Shown: positions 49,662 to 60,926, counted from the first letter of the stretch. The stretch is DNA of 64,000 nt from Spirochaetia bacterium (GCA_965263295.1 OZ253665.1:1024001-1088000); one strand, 5' to 3'. Program-made: numbers and translations. The notes: generated from the letters alone by a model not told the origin.

Positions 49662-51323
49662 CTATTCAGCGGGGAAGCGCAGTCCCAGACTGCGCAGGAA
49701 AAATTGGCATTTGGCTTCCTGTTCACGCCATTCAGCCTCCACCTCGGAATCCCAGATCAAAGCGCCACCGACATGATAGTGCAGCAGCCTCGTCGCCGTG
49801 CCCGGCGGCTCTGCCGCATAAAAGCTGCGAATCAGGACATTAAACTCCATGTTGCCGCTGCCATCGATGAAACCCAAGTTTCCGCTATACCAGCGGCGAG
49901 GTTCGCCCTCTAACTGACCAATCAGCTCCATGGCCCGCAATTTAGGTGCCCCCGTAATTGAACCACAAGGAAAGAGGGCCTGCAGGATGCGAGCTAGAAC
50001 CCCGGTTTGCTCACTACTTGTTTGCCCACGACCTGCCAATGCCGGCCGCAAATGCCCGCAGAGCGCCGCTGTCTGCTGCCAGACCGACGGATACGCTTCA
50101 ACGCAAAAAGGCCAACTTTCGCGTGCCCCCGGCTGTACCTGCACACTGGCCGGCTCACAAATCTGGTATAAATCACTGCGCAGCAAATCACAAATCATCA
50201 GCAGTTCGGCACGCTCCTTGGCGCTGGCACAGAGTTCACGGTAACGCCGCCTGTCTTGAGACTGCCACAAGCCACGGGGCCGAGTTCCCTTCATCGGCCT
50301 GGCCCAGATTTTACCCTCAAAAGCTGAATAACGAAAAAAGCGTTCTGGCGAAAAGCAAAGCAGACTGCGTTCCCAATCCGCGAACCCGCCTGCCACCCCA
50401 AAGCTAAAATAGGCCCCATAGGGCACGGGATGCCGGTTGCGCAAGTACCAATATAATTCGATATTATTAGCATCTGAGAGACAGCCTAACTGCAGGCGTT
50501 GAGCCAAATTCAGTTGGTAGGTTTCACCCTGTCGCAGATATTCCTTAACTTGCCTGAATTTCTGGCGGTAGTCGTCAAAAGATAACTCGGCACTCAATGT
50601 CCAAGCATTTGCCGCGCCCAGGGCCGGCCCAAGGCCCGAAACGCGCACTGGAGCCGGCGCGTTTACTTTCGCCAAAGTATATTCTGTGCGTTGATACATT
50701 AATTTATAAGTCAGAGAATCGCTCTCGCCCTGCAAATAAATGTAGCCACGCCGTAGGTCTACCGCCAAAACTGCCGCATAAGCGGCAAAGTCCCACAGCA
50801 GCTCGCTCATTCCCCTTGACCGATCTTCTGTCTCTTCTTTTGGCGCTTGCGCTGCCTGTTTTGTCATTGGCACACTAAAGTAAGGCTGTAACTGGTAAGC
50901 AAATTCGTAGCTAAAAGCACCTACCAGGCCGGCTTGCAAATCGGGAACTTCAAGTTCGGCCTTTCCGTCCTTTAAGCCCTTTGGCGCAGTGCAAGCGCCG
51001 GCATAACGCCGGGCCAGAGTTTCCAAATGCCGCAAAGACTCCTCGGCTGTGCAGTAGCGACTCTGCACCTCCGAGGCGCAATTAAATGCCGTAGAGCGCA
51101 ACTCGCCACAGGCAAAATACTGCAAACGACAATCTGGCCGCATGCCCAAATAGCTGAAACGCCCCAGCTCAAGGTATTGCCCATCGCCGCTGTCCAGCCA
51201 GAAAAAACCGGGCTGCAGTGCATTTTCGGTAAAAAAATGTTGCAAAAAGCGGGGCAATTGCAAAGGCGCAAGCCTCGCCAGAGGCCGCAATGGATCCGGA
51301 GTTTTCGCCATTCCGCAGGCCAA
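49662..51323 (-). CDS. pabB: Aminodeoxychorismate synthase component I / anthranilate synthase-like
   Basis: GETYQLNL, SPERF, PMKGTRPR, KERAELLMICDLLRSDL, FPCGSITGAPK and EWRE..AK motifs. Confidence 0.85.
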   Translation of the reverse strand: MACGMAKTPDPLRPLARLAPLQLPRFLQHFFTENALQPGFFWLDSGDGQYLELGRFSYLGMRPDCRLQYFACGELRSTAFNCASEVQSRYCTAEESLRHLETLARRYAGACTAPKGLKDGKAELEVPDLQAGLVGAFSYEFAYQLQPYFSVPMTKQAAQAPKEETEDRSRGMSELLWDFAAYAAVLAVDLRRGYIYLQGESDSLTYKLMYQRTEYTLAKVNAPAPVRVSGLGPALGAANAWTLSAELSFDDYRQKFRQVKEYLRQGETYQLNLAQRLQLGCLSDANNIELYWYLRNRHPVPYGAYFSFGVAGGFADWERSLLCFSPERFFRYSAFEGKIWARPMKGTRPRGLWQSQDRRRYRELCASAKERAELLMICDLLRSDLYQICEPASVQVQPGARESWPFCVEAYPSVWQQTAALCGHLRPALAGRGQTSSEQTGVLARILQALFPCGSITGAPKLRAMELIGQLEGEPRRWYSGNLGFIDGSGNMEFNVLIRSFYAAEPPGTATRLLHYHVGGALIWDSEVEAEWREQEAKCQFFLRSLGLRFPAE

Positions 51324-51327
51324 TCAA

Positions 51328-52512
51328 CTAAGGCAGCAAGGATTCGTAGTTGAACAGCTCATTGCCCTGAAAAGGCTGGAACCTGTTTTCCATCAAGCTC
51401 CAATACAAAATCGTTGAACCTCCAGCCAGAGCATCTGCCGATGACGCGCCGGCGAGCTCCTGGTCCACGAGGTCTTCTTCATCCGCCTGCAATACCCAGA
51501 AACTTTGGTAGTAACCAATGGTATCGGCATTGGCCAAGCCCTTAAGTGGCTGTTCCGTATACAACAGACGATAACGGATATCATTGCAACGCCATTCCAT
51601 CGGCTGAATGCGATTAGGCGTCTCGTCAAGCCGGGGGCGCGCATTGCCTCCCAGCCATTTGCCATTCTTTCCGTAGTCCAGATTTTGGCGCCGGGCCAAG
51701 GGTAGCCGGCGAATAAGGGTCGGACTGTTTTGCTCTTCCAACTGTACCGACACGAGAAAATTATCCTTAAACTCAGCGCGAAAACTATGCAAACGAGGAA
51801 TTTCAAAGGGTTCAAATTGCAGGCGCACTAGCTCGGGATCCTGGCGTAGTTGCAGAATTTCACAGCTGATCTGGCTGCCCTTGCCGCCGGTATGGCTGAC
51901 AAAGATCAGTTCCTTGCGGCCATTATAATTGAGGTCCATGCTGTAAATCGCGATGTCATAGCCGCCCAAATAGTTACCCGTATTCCCCTCTTCTGTGCCC
52001 TCTCCTGCCGGAGCCGGAAACAGGTAACGACTTTGCCAACCGCCCGCGCCTTCAATCAAAAGCACAAAACTGCGAATAAAATTGCTGTCCGGCGCAAAGC
52101 GTTCGGCCGCGACAAACAGGTTCCAGCCATCGACATTCTGAATAGGTAGTATGCTGCGAAACTTGCCATTGAGTAATTGTTCCTGCATCAGCTTGCTGCC
52201 CGGTATTGCATAGCGGCGATAGCCGCCGCTAGTGGTCCGCACATGCAGATTTTCCGACACCAGACGCAGGCTCTTTATCGCCTGCAATTCAGGCTGTGAA
52301 AAATCATGGGTACTGTCCCAGGCATAATAGTCCTTCTCATCGCCGGGTGTTTGAAGGCTGGCGGCACAGGACTGCGGCAGTTCAACGGAGGCGGCAGCGT
52401 CTCCAAGCCTGCGAAGCTCGTTACTCTGGCAAGCCGCCGGCAATAGAAGCAAAACAGAAAATATTTTGAATGCTTTTAACAAATACTTCTGGAAATCGCG
52501 GGGCATCTTCAT
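51328..52512 (-). CDS. Hypothetical lipoprotein
   Basis: Signal peptide ending LLLPAA-C; one FG-GAP-like DLNYNGRKEL motif. Confidence 0.65.
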   Translation of the reverse strand: MKMPRDFQKYLLKAFKIFSVLLLLPAACQSNELRRLGDAAASVELPQSCAASLQTPGDEKDYYAWDSTHDFSQPELQAIKSLRLVSENLHVRTTSGGYRRYAIPGSKLMQEQLLNGKFRSILPIQNVDGWNLFVAAERFAPDSNFIRSFVLLIEGAGGWQSRYLFPAPAGEGTEEGNTGNYLGGYDIAIYSMDLNYNGRKELIFVSHTGGKGSQISCEILQLRQDPELVRLQFEPFEIPRLHSFRAEFKDNFLVSVQLEEQNSPTLIRRLPLARRQNLDYGKNGKWLGGNARPRLDETPNRIQPMEWRCNDIRYRLLYTEQPLKGLANADTIGYYQSFWVLQADEEDLVDQELAGASSADALAGGSTILYWSLMENRFQPFQGNELFNYESLLP

Positions 52513-52755
52513 GGCGAGGATTGTACAGCAAGCGCCGCATTTTTTTCTAGGCTTGGCATTTTCATTGTAAAAGACAAAACTTAAATGAAGTCAATTTTGT
52601 GCTCTACCAATTAAAAATTTTAAATATTTCTGCACAAAGCTCGTTGAATTTTTATAGGTCTAGCTCCTTTGTTTTACATTGCTTGCAGTGAAGCAAAATT
52701 ATGGCACAAATTGCGGAAAACGACTAAGATATGATGACCGTATTGAGGAGGAGCC

Positions 52756-53322
52756 ATGCATCAGATAATGTTTCGCGGCAAGCATGTGACTTTGGGTTCG
52801 TATGATGGCATTAGCACAAAAGAAATTTGTGCCATCTTGAATGATTTCGAAATACGCAAAAACATGCACCCCGGTGTACCCTTCCCTTTTACCGAAGCCG
52901 AGGAACAGGAATGGCTGGCCCAGAATATTTCGATGCGCAGCGACGCGCGATACACCTTTGCCGTGCGCAAGAATGAAGGTAGCGGCCAGTTAGGGCATTA
53001 CATAGGCGGCTGTGGGATCAACAAACTCGACTGGAAAAACTCGGTGGCGACTTTGGGCATTATGCTGCAGCGCAACTACCTGGGCAAAGGCTACGGCACA
53101 GAGGCGATGCAGCTATTATTGCGTTTTGTATTTGAAGAGATGAATATCAACAAGGCGGCTTTACAGGTTTTCAGTTTTAACCAGCGAGCCATTCGCAGCT
53201 ATGAGAAATGTGGCTTTGTGCAAGAAGGCTGTCTGCGCAGTGCGATTTTCCGCATGGGAACCTACCACGACGATATTTGCATGGGGTTGCTGCGGAGCGA
53301 GTGGCAAGCGGCCAAAGCCTAG
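52756..53322 (+). CDS. GNAT N-acetyltransferase, RimJ/RimL family
   Basis: GKGYGTEA and NQRAIRSYEKCGF motifs; GAGGAG RBS. Confidence 0.9.
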   Translation: MHQIMFRGKHVTLGSYDGISTKEICAILNDFEIRKNMHPGVPFPFTEAEEQEWLAQNISMRSDARYTFAVRKNEGSGQLGHYIGGCGINKLDWKNSVATLGIMLQRNYLGKGYGTEAMQLLLRFVFEEMNINKAALQVFSFNQRAIRSYEKCGFVQEGCLRSAIFRMGTYHDDICMGLLRSEWQAAKA

Positions 53323-53501
53323 AGTCCAACGGTGGCACTTAAGCACTAAATCTTGTTTTTTGCTTAAAATAACCGAAGCTCCACAGCGATTATCTGAAGG
53401 TGAGTGAAGTCGCCGGGGAATCAAATCAATTTAAGAGGTTTAGTTGAACTCCACATTTTTGACATTATGTCGCGCAAAAAATCGTTATAATCGCTAAAGC
53501 G

Positions 53502-53528
53502 AGCCAGGAGCCTAGGCTCCTGGCTTTT
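53502..53528. terminator. Perfect 24-bp palindrome, probable terminator between the convergent GNAT and hppA genes
   Basis: AGCCAGGAGCCT|AGGCTCCTGGCT followed by a T run. Confidence 0.7.
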
Positions 53529-53561
53529 AATATTGATAAAAAACTTGCCGACTGGCGCAGC

Positions 53562-55760
53562 TTACAACAGACTGTGCAACGCCGAAATGCTAGCCGTAGC
53601 GATGGCCACCATACTCATCAATTTGATCAAAATATTCAGACTTGGGCCCGAAGTATCTTTGAACGGGTCGCCTACGGTATCGCCAATGACCGCCGCCTTG
53701 TGGGCATTGGAACCCTTGCCGCCATATTCTCCCGTCTCAATATGTTTTTTGGCGTTATCCCAGGCGCCACCGGTATTAGCCATAAAAATCGCCAGTGTGA
53801 AACACGCACAAAGCGCACCGATCAATAGACCGAGTACAGCCCCCACTCCCAACAACCAACCAGTGGCAATCGGCGTAAGTACCGCAATGACTGCTGGCAA
53901 GAGCATTTCACGCTGTGCACCTTTGGTGGCGATAGTCACGCAATTGGCATAATCCGGCTTTCCCGTTCCCTCCATGATGCCTGGAATTTCGCGGAACTGG
54001 CGACGCACTTCGTCGACCATTAGCATCGCAGCGCGGCCTACGGCCTTCATCGTCAAACCGCAGAAATAAAATGCCGCAGCCGTGCCGACAAAGAAACCGA
54101 CCAAAGTCAGCGGATTCATAAAGCTAGCGCCAAAATAAGCCAATAACTGACTAAAGCTGGCCCGCAAAGTATCTACCGTTACTCCGTCAAGCTCAAGGCT
54201 CAGCACGCCATGGCTCAAAAGAACCTGGCGTACAGATTGCAGGTACGAAGCCAACAGGGCGAGAGCTGTCAACGCTGCCGAACCGATGGCGAAACCCTTG
54301 CCAATTGCTGCAGTCGTGTTGCCCAAAGAATCCAAGGCATCGGTGCGTTTGCGCACTTCCTTGTCCAGCCCGGCCATTTCGGCATTCCCACCGGCATTGT
54401 CGGCAATTGGCCCGTAAGCGTCCGAAGCCAAGGTGATGCCCAAAGTCGAGAGCATGCCCACCGCAGCGATACTGATGCCATAAAGGCCGTCAAGCACCCC
54501 CGTGGCATTAAACTGCCAGTCGGATACAATGCCAAAAGATAAAATAATACCGACACTGACCGTAATCACCGGCAGAACGGTAGAAATCATGCCATTGCCG
54601 ATACCATTAATAATCAAGGTAGCCGGATCCGAAGCCGCACTGGCCGCCAGGCGCTTTGTCGGCGTGTATTCATTGGAAGTGGCATACTCTGTGCCCTTGC
54701 CCACGACAATACCCACCAGTAGACCGATCAGCACGGCCAGGGAAATCTGCCACCAATTCTCCAGACCAATGAGAAACAACAAGAGGAAGACCCCCAACGA
54801 AGTCCCAATGGTGCTGAAATAAATGCCGCGGTCCAAAGCCCTCATCAGCTCCTTTTGTCCAGCCTCCGGGCGGCTGTGCACCATAAAAATACCAATGATT
54901 GACAACACAATACCCAAAGCGGCAATCAACAATGGCACCAAGGCCGCCTTCCACTGCATATCCAAGCCAGAATAAGCGATTACTCCCAGTGTCCCGGCCG
55001 CCAATATCGAGCCGACATAAGACTCAAACAAGTCGGCACCCATGCCGGCGACATCGCCGACATTGTCGCCGACATTGTCGGCAATCACCGCCGGGTTGCG
55101 CGGGTCATCCTCCGGAATACCTGCTTCGACCTTGCCGACCAGGTCTCCCCCCACGTCGGCCGCCTTGGTAAAAATTCCGCCGCCCACGCGTGCAAACAAG
55201 GCCTGCAGAGAGGCTCCCATGCCAAAAGTCAAAATCGTAGTGGTTAGAAAGCTGAAATCTTCAGAACTATCAATCGACGTCGTAGCGCTCAAGATCAGGT
55301 ACCACAGCGAAATCATCAGCAGGCCCAGTCCGACTACCACCAGGCCCATCACCCCGCCAGAACGAAAAGCTAGAGTAAGCCCGGAGTTCAAAGACTTTTG
55401 CGCGGCAGCCGCAGTTCGTGCCGAAGCCATCGTGGCCGTCTTCATGCCCCAATAGCCCGCCAATGCCGAAAATAATCCGCCACTGAGGAATATCAGTGGC
55501 GTCCACAAGCTAATGGCCGAAACCATAGCCGCAACTAAAAATAAAATCGCGATAACGACAAAGAATATCGCCATCACGCGGTATTGTTGGCGCAGATAGG
55601 CCATAGCCCCGAGGCGCACAGACTTCGCAATTTCCTTCATACGCTCCGTGCCCTCATCGTGCCGGGCAGACCATTGATATAATATAAAGGCCGTAGATAT
55701 TCCCGCCAGGGCACATAGAGGGATGAGCCAAAAGAATGGTGGAATTTGCATTATAGACAT
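53562..55760 (-). CDS. hppA: Membrane-integral pyrophosphatase, K+-dependent, probably Na+-translocating
   Basis: [26 protein letters not shown] (Ala K+-dependence determinant), DLFESY and [10 protein letters not shown] motifs. Confidence 0.95.
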   Translation of the reverse strand: MSIMQIPPFFWLIPLCALAGISTAFILYQWSARHDEGTERMKEIAKSVRLGAMAYLRQQYRVMAIFFVVIAILFLVAAMVSAISLWTPLIFLSGGLFSALAGYWGMKTATMASARTAAAAQKSLNSGLTLAFRSGGVMGLVVVGLGLLMISLWYLILSATTSIDSSEDFSFLTTTILTFGMGASLQALFARVGGGIFTKAADVGGDLVGKVEAGIPEDDPRNPAVIADNVGDNVGDVAGMGADLFESYVGSILAAGTLGVIAYSGLDMQWKAALVPLLIAALGIVLSIIGIFMVHSRPEAGQKELMRALDRGIYFSTIGTSLGVFLLLFLIGLENWWQISLAVLIGLLVGIVVGKGTEYATSNEYTPTKRLAASAASDPATLIINGIGNGMISTVLPVITVSVGIILSFGIVSDWQFNATGVLDGLYGISIAAVGMLSTLGITLASDAYGPIADNAGGNAEMAGLDKEVRKRTDALDSLGNTTAAIGKGFAIGSAALTALALLASYLQSVRQVLLSHGVLSLELDGVTVDTLRASFSQLLAYFGASFMNPLTLVGFFVGTAAAFYFCGLTMKAVGRAAMLMVDEVRRQFREIPGIMEGTGKPDYANCVTIATKGAQREMLLPAVIAVLTPIATGWLLGVGAVLGLLIGALCACFTLAIFMANTGGAWDNAKKHIETGEYGGKGSNAHKAAVIGDTVGDPFKDTSGPSLNILIKLMSMVAIATASISALHSLL

Positions 55761-56125
55761 AGATGGACTCCTTGAATTGTAATTAGCTTATACATTAACA
55801 TAAACATCTGAAATGGCAACTAGTTAGCACCCCAATATATTGAGGTTTACTTTTCTATGCAAACGTTTGACTGCATTTATTCTGAATGAATCTTAAGAAA
55901 CTTCAAGAGCAGCTACCATCCTAAAAATATCATAAAAAAGATATCAGCCCATTTTTGCCAATAAACTATTTGTTTTAGTTGTCTCACAAGAATCATGGCA
56001 ATATTTTGACGCCTTTTGACGCCTGTGGAAAGCCGCAATTAAGCTTCCCTCCATGCATAAAAATACGGGCAAGTTCGCGGCCTTACGCCCTCAATTTTGA
56101 GGAAGTCCCTAAAGAAATATTAAAA

Positions 56126-57511
56126 CTACAGAGAAGCGCGAATCTGTAGAATACAATCGGCCGCCCGCCCACCCGCCTCGCCCGGATGCTGGAATACATA
56201 ACGGCGCAGCTCCGCTAGTTTGCGGCGGAATTCCCCAGACTCCACAGCATCCATACTTTGTCGCAATACAGAATCTAAGCGCCCGATATCGCCCGCATCA
56301 AAGACAGTGCCAAGTTCGCGGCCAGCCCGAATCACCCAAGGTTCGCGCGGCAGTAAATCCATAGCATCATAACCGTCATAATTAAAATCAAATTCGGCAA
56401 TCAACACAGGTCTTGCCATCAAGATCAGGTAGTCATAAATCACCGATGAAAAATCCGAAATCATAGCATCCGCAGCCAGGAAAGAATGGACATTTTCGCG
56501 CTCAAAATCCCAATGAACTGGGGCTAAGCGTTGGGCCGCACAGTAGTCACCGAGCTGCAGCCGCAAATCTCGCAGCAGTTCTCCCTCAGAGAAGGTACTT
56601 TGTGGGTGGGGGCGCACAATCAGTTGGTACCCACTATCCAAGAGCGGGCCCAACAGCCTCATACCAAATTTGGCGAGCAGGCCGTTGGGGCCCCAAGATG
56701 GGGCTACGAGTAAACGAGTGGGGGCGGCAGGCCCTTCTTTTGGCGTTTTAGTCGCGATCCCAGCAGTCTGCCGCAAGACGTCCAGTTTCTGTTGCAAAAC
56801 ATCGAGGTAGGTACAACCCACAATATATTTTTGTTTGCGGGCAATATTTCGCAATGACTCTAAAGCTTCTATGACTTCAAGCTGATGTTCCCCCGAAAGC
56901 AATACGGAATCAAAATAATCCGTGCCAAAGACGCGGTAAGTGCTGCAGTCATCCAAGGCATGGATAATATGGCAATAATGTTTCACCCTCTTTGAACGCC
57001 GGACATGCAGCACATCCAAGCCTGGCGCAGTCATCACACAGACATCGGCCTTTAGAGTGTTCATCTGCGCAAAGGCCGTGTACCCCTTGCCGATAAAGCG
57101 AACTTCAACGTGGCGAAAACCCATACCCGCAGCCGGGTCCTCGGGATCCATGGTCCAGTAGGCCGCGGCAACCCGCCGACGCTCCAATTCGGCGAGAATG
57201 GGTGCAAAGCAATTCCAATACTGCTTGCCCTCAGAAAAGAACACAATACTTTGGGAAGCCAGAGTAGCCGCGGCAGCTTGAGGCGTGACGGTCTGAGCCG
57301 CCATGCGCCCCAGCAGGCCAGCGATTTTAACGCGCAAAGTGAACATGGCGCTGCGCAGGGTAAAATACGCGGTGGAGACAAAGCCGAGCACGGCAGAAAA
57401 TAGCATGCTGCCCGTACCCGGATCCAAATACGCCGCCAGAGCTTGCGGCAACAGGGCCCAAATGACGACAAAGTTATACAGATTGCAGACTGTGCGCAGA
57501 GAAAACTTCAT
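56126..57511 (-). CDS. CDP-glycerol:glycerophosphate transferase family protein (TagB/TagF-like)
   Basis: N-terminal AYLDPGTGS plus TM segment; LVAPSW, RPHP and ISDFSSVIYDY motifs. Confidence 0.8.
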   Translation of the reverse strand: MKFSLRTVCNLYNFVVIWALLPQALAAYLDPGTGSMLFSAVLGFVSTAYFTLRSAMFTLRVKIAGLLGRMAAQTVTPQAAAATLASQSIVFFSEGKQYWNCFAPILAELERRRVAAAYWTMDPEDPAAGMGFRHVEVRFIGKGYTAFAQMNTLKADVCVMTAPGLDVLHVRRSKRVKHYCHIIHALDDCSTYRVFGTDYFDSVLLSGEHQLEVIEALESLRNIARKQKYIVGCTYLDVLQQKLDVLRQTAGIATKTPKEGPAAPTRLLVAPSWGPNGLLAKFGMRLLGPLLDSGYQLIVRPHPQSTFSEGELLRDLRLQLGDYCAAQRLAPVHWDFERENVHSFLAADAMISDFSSVIYDYLILMARPVLIAEFDFNYDGYDAMDLLPREPWVIRAGRELGTVFDAGDIGRLDSVLRQSMDAVESGEFRRKLAELRRYVFQHPGEAGGRAADCILQIRASL

Positions 57512-57617
57512 AGCCTTAACACTCCAAACTGCATTCCCGACTGAATTCCCAAACAAAATGGGAAAGCGCCGCCACAAATTCCGCAAAATTGCGCCAGCTG
57601 CAATTCAAGCAAAGCCG

Positions 57618-58367
57618 TCAAAAAACAAAGCCCAGGCGATCTAGAGCCAAAAGCATTCTAGCCCAATAATAATTTTCGGCCAGTTCCGACTTAGGCTCAA
57701 CTTGCCAACTCGGATTAGCTTCAGTCGGGTAATGTCGGTGCAGGGCAAAACCCCGCACCTTCCACTCGCGCCAGAATCTTCCAGCGTCATTGTCAGAACC
57801 ATTGCCATTGCGAGAGCCATTGCTATGGCCCGCGCAGTGGCAATCCACTAGGTCGGCCCATTCCATCTCCAGTTCGGGCCAGCTGACCCAGCGCAAGGCG
57901 CTAACTTCATCCAGCTGTAAAGAAAATGTATCGATATCGAAGGCGAGTGGCAACTGCGCCAGGTAAACATGTTGCCATTCGCAATCAATTAGAGCGTTTT
58001 CATAGCGCCCAAAATACGGCATGCGAAAGAGGAACTGCAAGGCCGAAGCCGCGAGATCGCAGCCTAATTCCTCCTTGAGTTCGCGCAGGGCCCCCTCTTC
58101 AATCGTTTCTCCGTAGCTGACATGCCCCGCGACAGAGACATCCCAGCAGCTAGGAAAGTTGTCTTTCTGTGGAGAACGCAGCTGCAATAGCCACTCAGGA
58201 TCAGATTCGCCGCCCTTTTCAACTTGGCGCCACAGCCAGATCTGAGCCGTCGGATGCCATAAACCCTGCCGATGAACGGCACTCTTGGGCGCCCACTTAC
58301 CGCTGTCAAAACCCGTTGCCGACCATATCGGCAAGATTTCCTCAGAATCGGCAAGGATTTGCGACAT
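57618..58367 (-). CDS. NUDIX hydrolase (IDI-like)
   Basis: VHRQGLWH, LLQLRS and the Nudix box GHVSYGETIEEGALRELKEELG. Confidence 0.9.
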   Translation of the reverse strand: MSQILADSEEILPIWSATGFDSGKWAPKSAVHRQGLWHPTAQIWLWRQVEKGGESDPEWLLQLRSPQKDNFPSCWDVSVAGHVSYGETIEEGALRELKEELGCDLAASALQFLFRMPYFGRYENALIDCEWQHVYLAQLPLAFDIDTFSLQLDEVSALRWVSWPELEMEWADLVDCHCAGHSNGSRNGNGSDNDAGRFWREWKVRGFALHRHYPTEANPSWQVEPKSELAENYYWARMLLALDRLGFVF

Positions 58368-58397
58368 GAGACAAGCTGCTGAATGCGGGTTAAAGCG

Positions 58398-59411
58398 CTA
58401 AACTTTCTTTAAATATTTTTGCGTATCAAAGGCGACCGCCGCGACAATAATTACCCCTTTGATAATATATTGATAAAATACATCCAGTCCCAGGAAGATC
58501 ATGCCATAAGTGATAATTGTAAACAGCAAGACGCCCACCACAGCCCCTGAAATTCGACCGACACCGCCACTGAATGAAATGCCTCCGACCACACAGGCCG
58601 CAATGGCATCCAGCTCATAGCCAAAGCCGGTGGAATTGGTCGCGCTACCGATGCGCGCAGCTTCCAGAAAGCCGCCGAAGCCGTAGAGTAAGCCGCCCAG
58701 AACGTAAACCCAAAATATCGTTCCAACGACATTCACACCCGAAACATGCGCCGCCTCCGGATTGCCGCCGACTGCGTACATATTGCGACCAAACTTGGTC
58801 TTATTCCACAAAAACCACATTAATACCGTTACCATTGCAGCATAAATCACCAGATGTGGCACATATAATGTAGAGCCATTGACAAATTCGGAATAACGGG
58901 GGTCCAGACTGCCAATCGGCTGGGCCCCATGTGGTTGCGCGGCAAAATAGATGGAGAGTATGCCATAAATCACGACCTGTGAACCCATGGTCACGATAAA
59001 GGGATGCACCTTGTAAATTGCGTGGACCAAGCCATTAACTGCGCTAAATGCGGCGCAAACGATCATGGCAATCAATATTGGCAAAATCAAAGGCAAGACC
59101 GGCAGATCGGGAAAGAAGCGGCCCAAATAATCCGGTTTTTGCAATAAGGAGGCCGATATCACCGCCGCCATGCCAACCGTTCGCCCCAGCGACAAATCCG
59201 TGCCTTGTAATACGATGATACCCGCCACACCGAAGGCCAAAATTAAGCGGACAGAAGATTGTACCAAAATGTTGCGAAAAACATTAATTGAAACAAAGTG
59301 TGGTTCAAAAGCCACTATCAGGATAATCAGTAGTGCCATTACAACATAAATGGCGTTATTAATTAATATATGCTTCCAGGAAGCTAGGCCTTTTTTTGAA
59401 GAATCTCCCAT
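58398..59411 (-). CDS. mglC: Galactose/methyl-galactoside ABC transporter permease
   Basis: GTDLSLGR, HPFIVTMG, GGNPEAAHVSG and YELDAIAACVVGG motifs. Confidence 0.92.
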   Translation of the reverse strand: MGDSSKKGLASWKHILINNAIYVVMALLIILIVAFEPHFVSINVFRNILVQSSVRLILAFGVAGIIVLQGTDLSLGRTVGMAAVISASLLQKPDYLGRFFPDLPVLPLILPILIAMIVCAAFSAVNGLVHAIYKVHPFIVTMGSQVVIYGILSIYFAAQPHGAQPIGSLDPRYSEFVNGSTLYVPHLVIYAAMVTVLMWFLWNKTKFGRNMYAVGGNPEAAHVSGVNVVGTIFWVYVLGGLLYGFGGFLEAARIGSATNSTGFGYELDAIAACVVGGISFSGGVGRISGAVVGVLLFTIITYGMIFLGLDVFYQYIIKGVIIVAAVAFDTQKYLKKV

Positions 59412-59426
59412 CTCAACTCCCAAAGC

Positions 59427-60926
59427 TTATAAATATTTTGTTGCCAGAGTAAGAATCTCATGCTGATTTGTATTCTGCGTTTCGACGATATCAGCCAGGT
59501 AACCATTGCTCATTACCATCATTCGATCTGTGATTCCCAGTAGTTCAGGCATCTCCGATGACACCATAATCACGGACTTGCCCGCTTCCGCCAACTTGAT
59601 AATCAACTGATAAATCTCAAACTTGGCTCCAACATCAATCCCTCGTGTCGGTTCGTCCAGCAGCAAGACATCCGGATTGAGCAACAACCAACGACCCAAA
59701 ATCACTTTCTGCTGATTCCCGCCACTCAGTTCATATATCAGACTCTTTTGACTAGCCGCTTTGATTTTCAAGCTTTTCATTTGTGCATCAGTATCTTTTC
59801 TCATGCCCGCTAAATTTAAAATACCCGCCTTCTTGGCATACGATGAAAGGTTTGCAACTGTTATATTAGCATTTAAATCTGACATCGCAAATATACCGTT
59901 GGCCCGGCGCTCTTCTGTTACAAGTATAAAACCATTTTTAATAGATTTCTGGGGCGTCGAATTGTCAATTTCTTCTCCCTTATAATAAATGCTTCCGCTT
60001 TGCTTTTGTCGCAAACCAAAAATTAATTCGAGCAACTCTGTGCGGCGCGCGCCAATTAATCCATATAAACCAAGGATTTCCCCCTTGAGCAACTTAAAGC
60101 TGACATCGTTGACTCTAGGCGCATATTCACTCATCATGTGATTAAATTCTAAAAGCACTTCACCGGGAACATTCGTCTTGGGCGGAAATCGATGAGTCAA
60201 ATCACGGCCGACCATCAACTTGATAATTTTGTCCATATCCAGATCGGCAACCGGATAAGTCCCCTCATATTCTCCATCGCGCATGATGGTGACGTCATCT
60301 GAGATGCGAAAAATCTCGTCCATCTTGTGTGAAATATAAATGATACTACAGCCATTTTGCTTCAGGGTTTCAATAATTTCAAACAATTTCTCTACTTCGT
60401 GTTCGGTCAAGGACGAAGTAGGTTCATCTAAAACAATGAGTTTCGCATCATACGAGACGGCCTTGGCAATCTCAATCATCTGTCGCTGCGACACCGAAAG
60501 GTTGACCAATTTTACATTTAGATCGACCTGAATCCCCAAACGATCAAACAGATCCCGGGTATCACGGCGCATTTTCCTCTCGTCGACAACTCCCAGTTTG
60601 CCTGGGTAGCGACCGAGCCAAATATTGTCGACAACATTCCGCTGCAAGACTTGGTTCAACTCTTGGTGCACCATTGAGACACCGTGCTGCAGGGCATTAT
60701 GGGCATCTGTAAAATTAAACTCTTCACCATTGAGAAAGAACTGCCCCGTATCCTGCTTGTAAATGCCAAACAAGCACTTCATCAAAGTAGACTTGCCGGC
60801 TCCGTTCTCCCCCATCAAGGAGTGAACTGTAGCCGGCCTTACGTTGAGGGATACATTTTTAAGAACCCGCACACCCGCAAAGGATTTGCTGATGTTCTTC
60901 ATACTCAATAGGTATTCCGCCCTCAT
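59427..60926 (-). CDS. mglA: Galactose/methyl-galactoside ABC transporter ATP-binding protein
   Basis: GENGAGKST, duplicated ABC domains and LSGGNQQK. Confidence 0.93.
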   Translation of the reverse strand: MRAEYLLSMKNISKSFAGVRVLKNVSLNVRPATVHSLMGENGAGKSTLMKCLFGIYKQDTGQFFLNGEEFNFTDAHNALQHGVSMVHQELNQVLQRNVVDNIWLGRYPGKLGVVDERKMRRDTRDLFDRLGIQVDLNVKLVNLSVSQRQMIEIAKAVSYDAKLIVLDEPTSSLTEHEVEKLFEIIETLKQNGCSIIYISHKMDEIFRISDDVTIMRDGEYEGTYPVADLDMDKIIKLMVGRDLTHRFPPKTNVPGEVLLEFNHMMSEYAPRVNDVSFKLLKGEILGLYGLIGARRTELLELIFGLRQKQSGSIYYKGEEIDNSTPQKSIKNGFILVTEERRANGIFAMSDLNANITVANLSSYAKKAGILNLAGMRKDTDAQMKSLKIKAASQKSLIYELSGGNQQKVILGRWLLLNPDVLLLDEPTRGIDVGAKFEIYQLIIKLAEAGKSVIMVSSEMPELLGITDRMMVMSNGYLADIVETQNTNQHEILTLATKYL

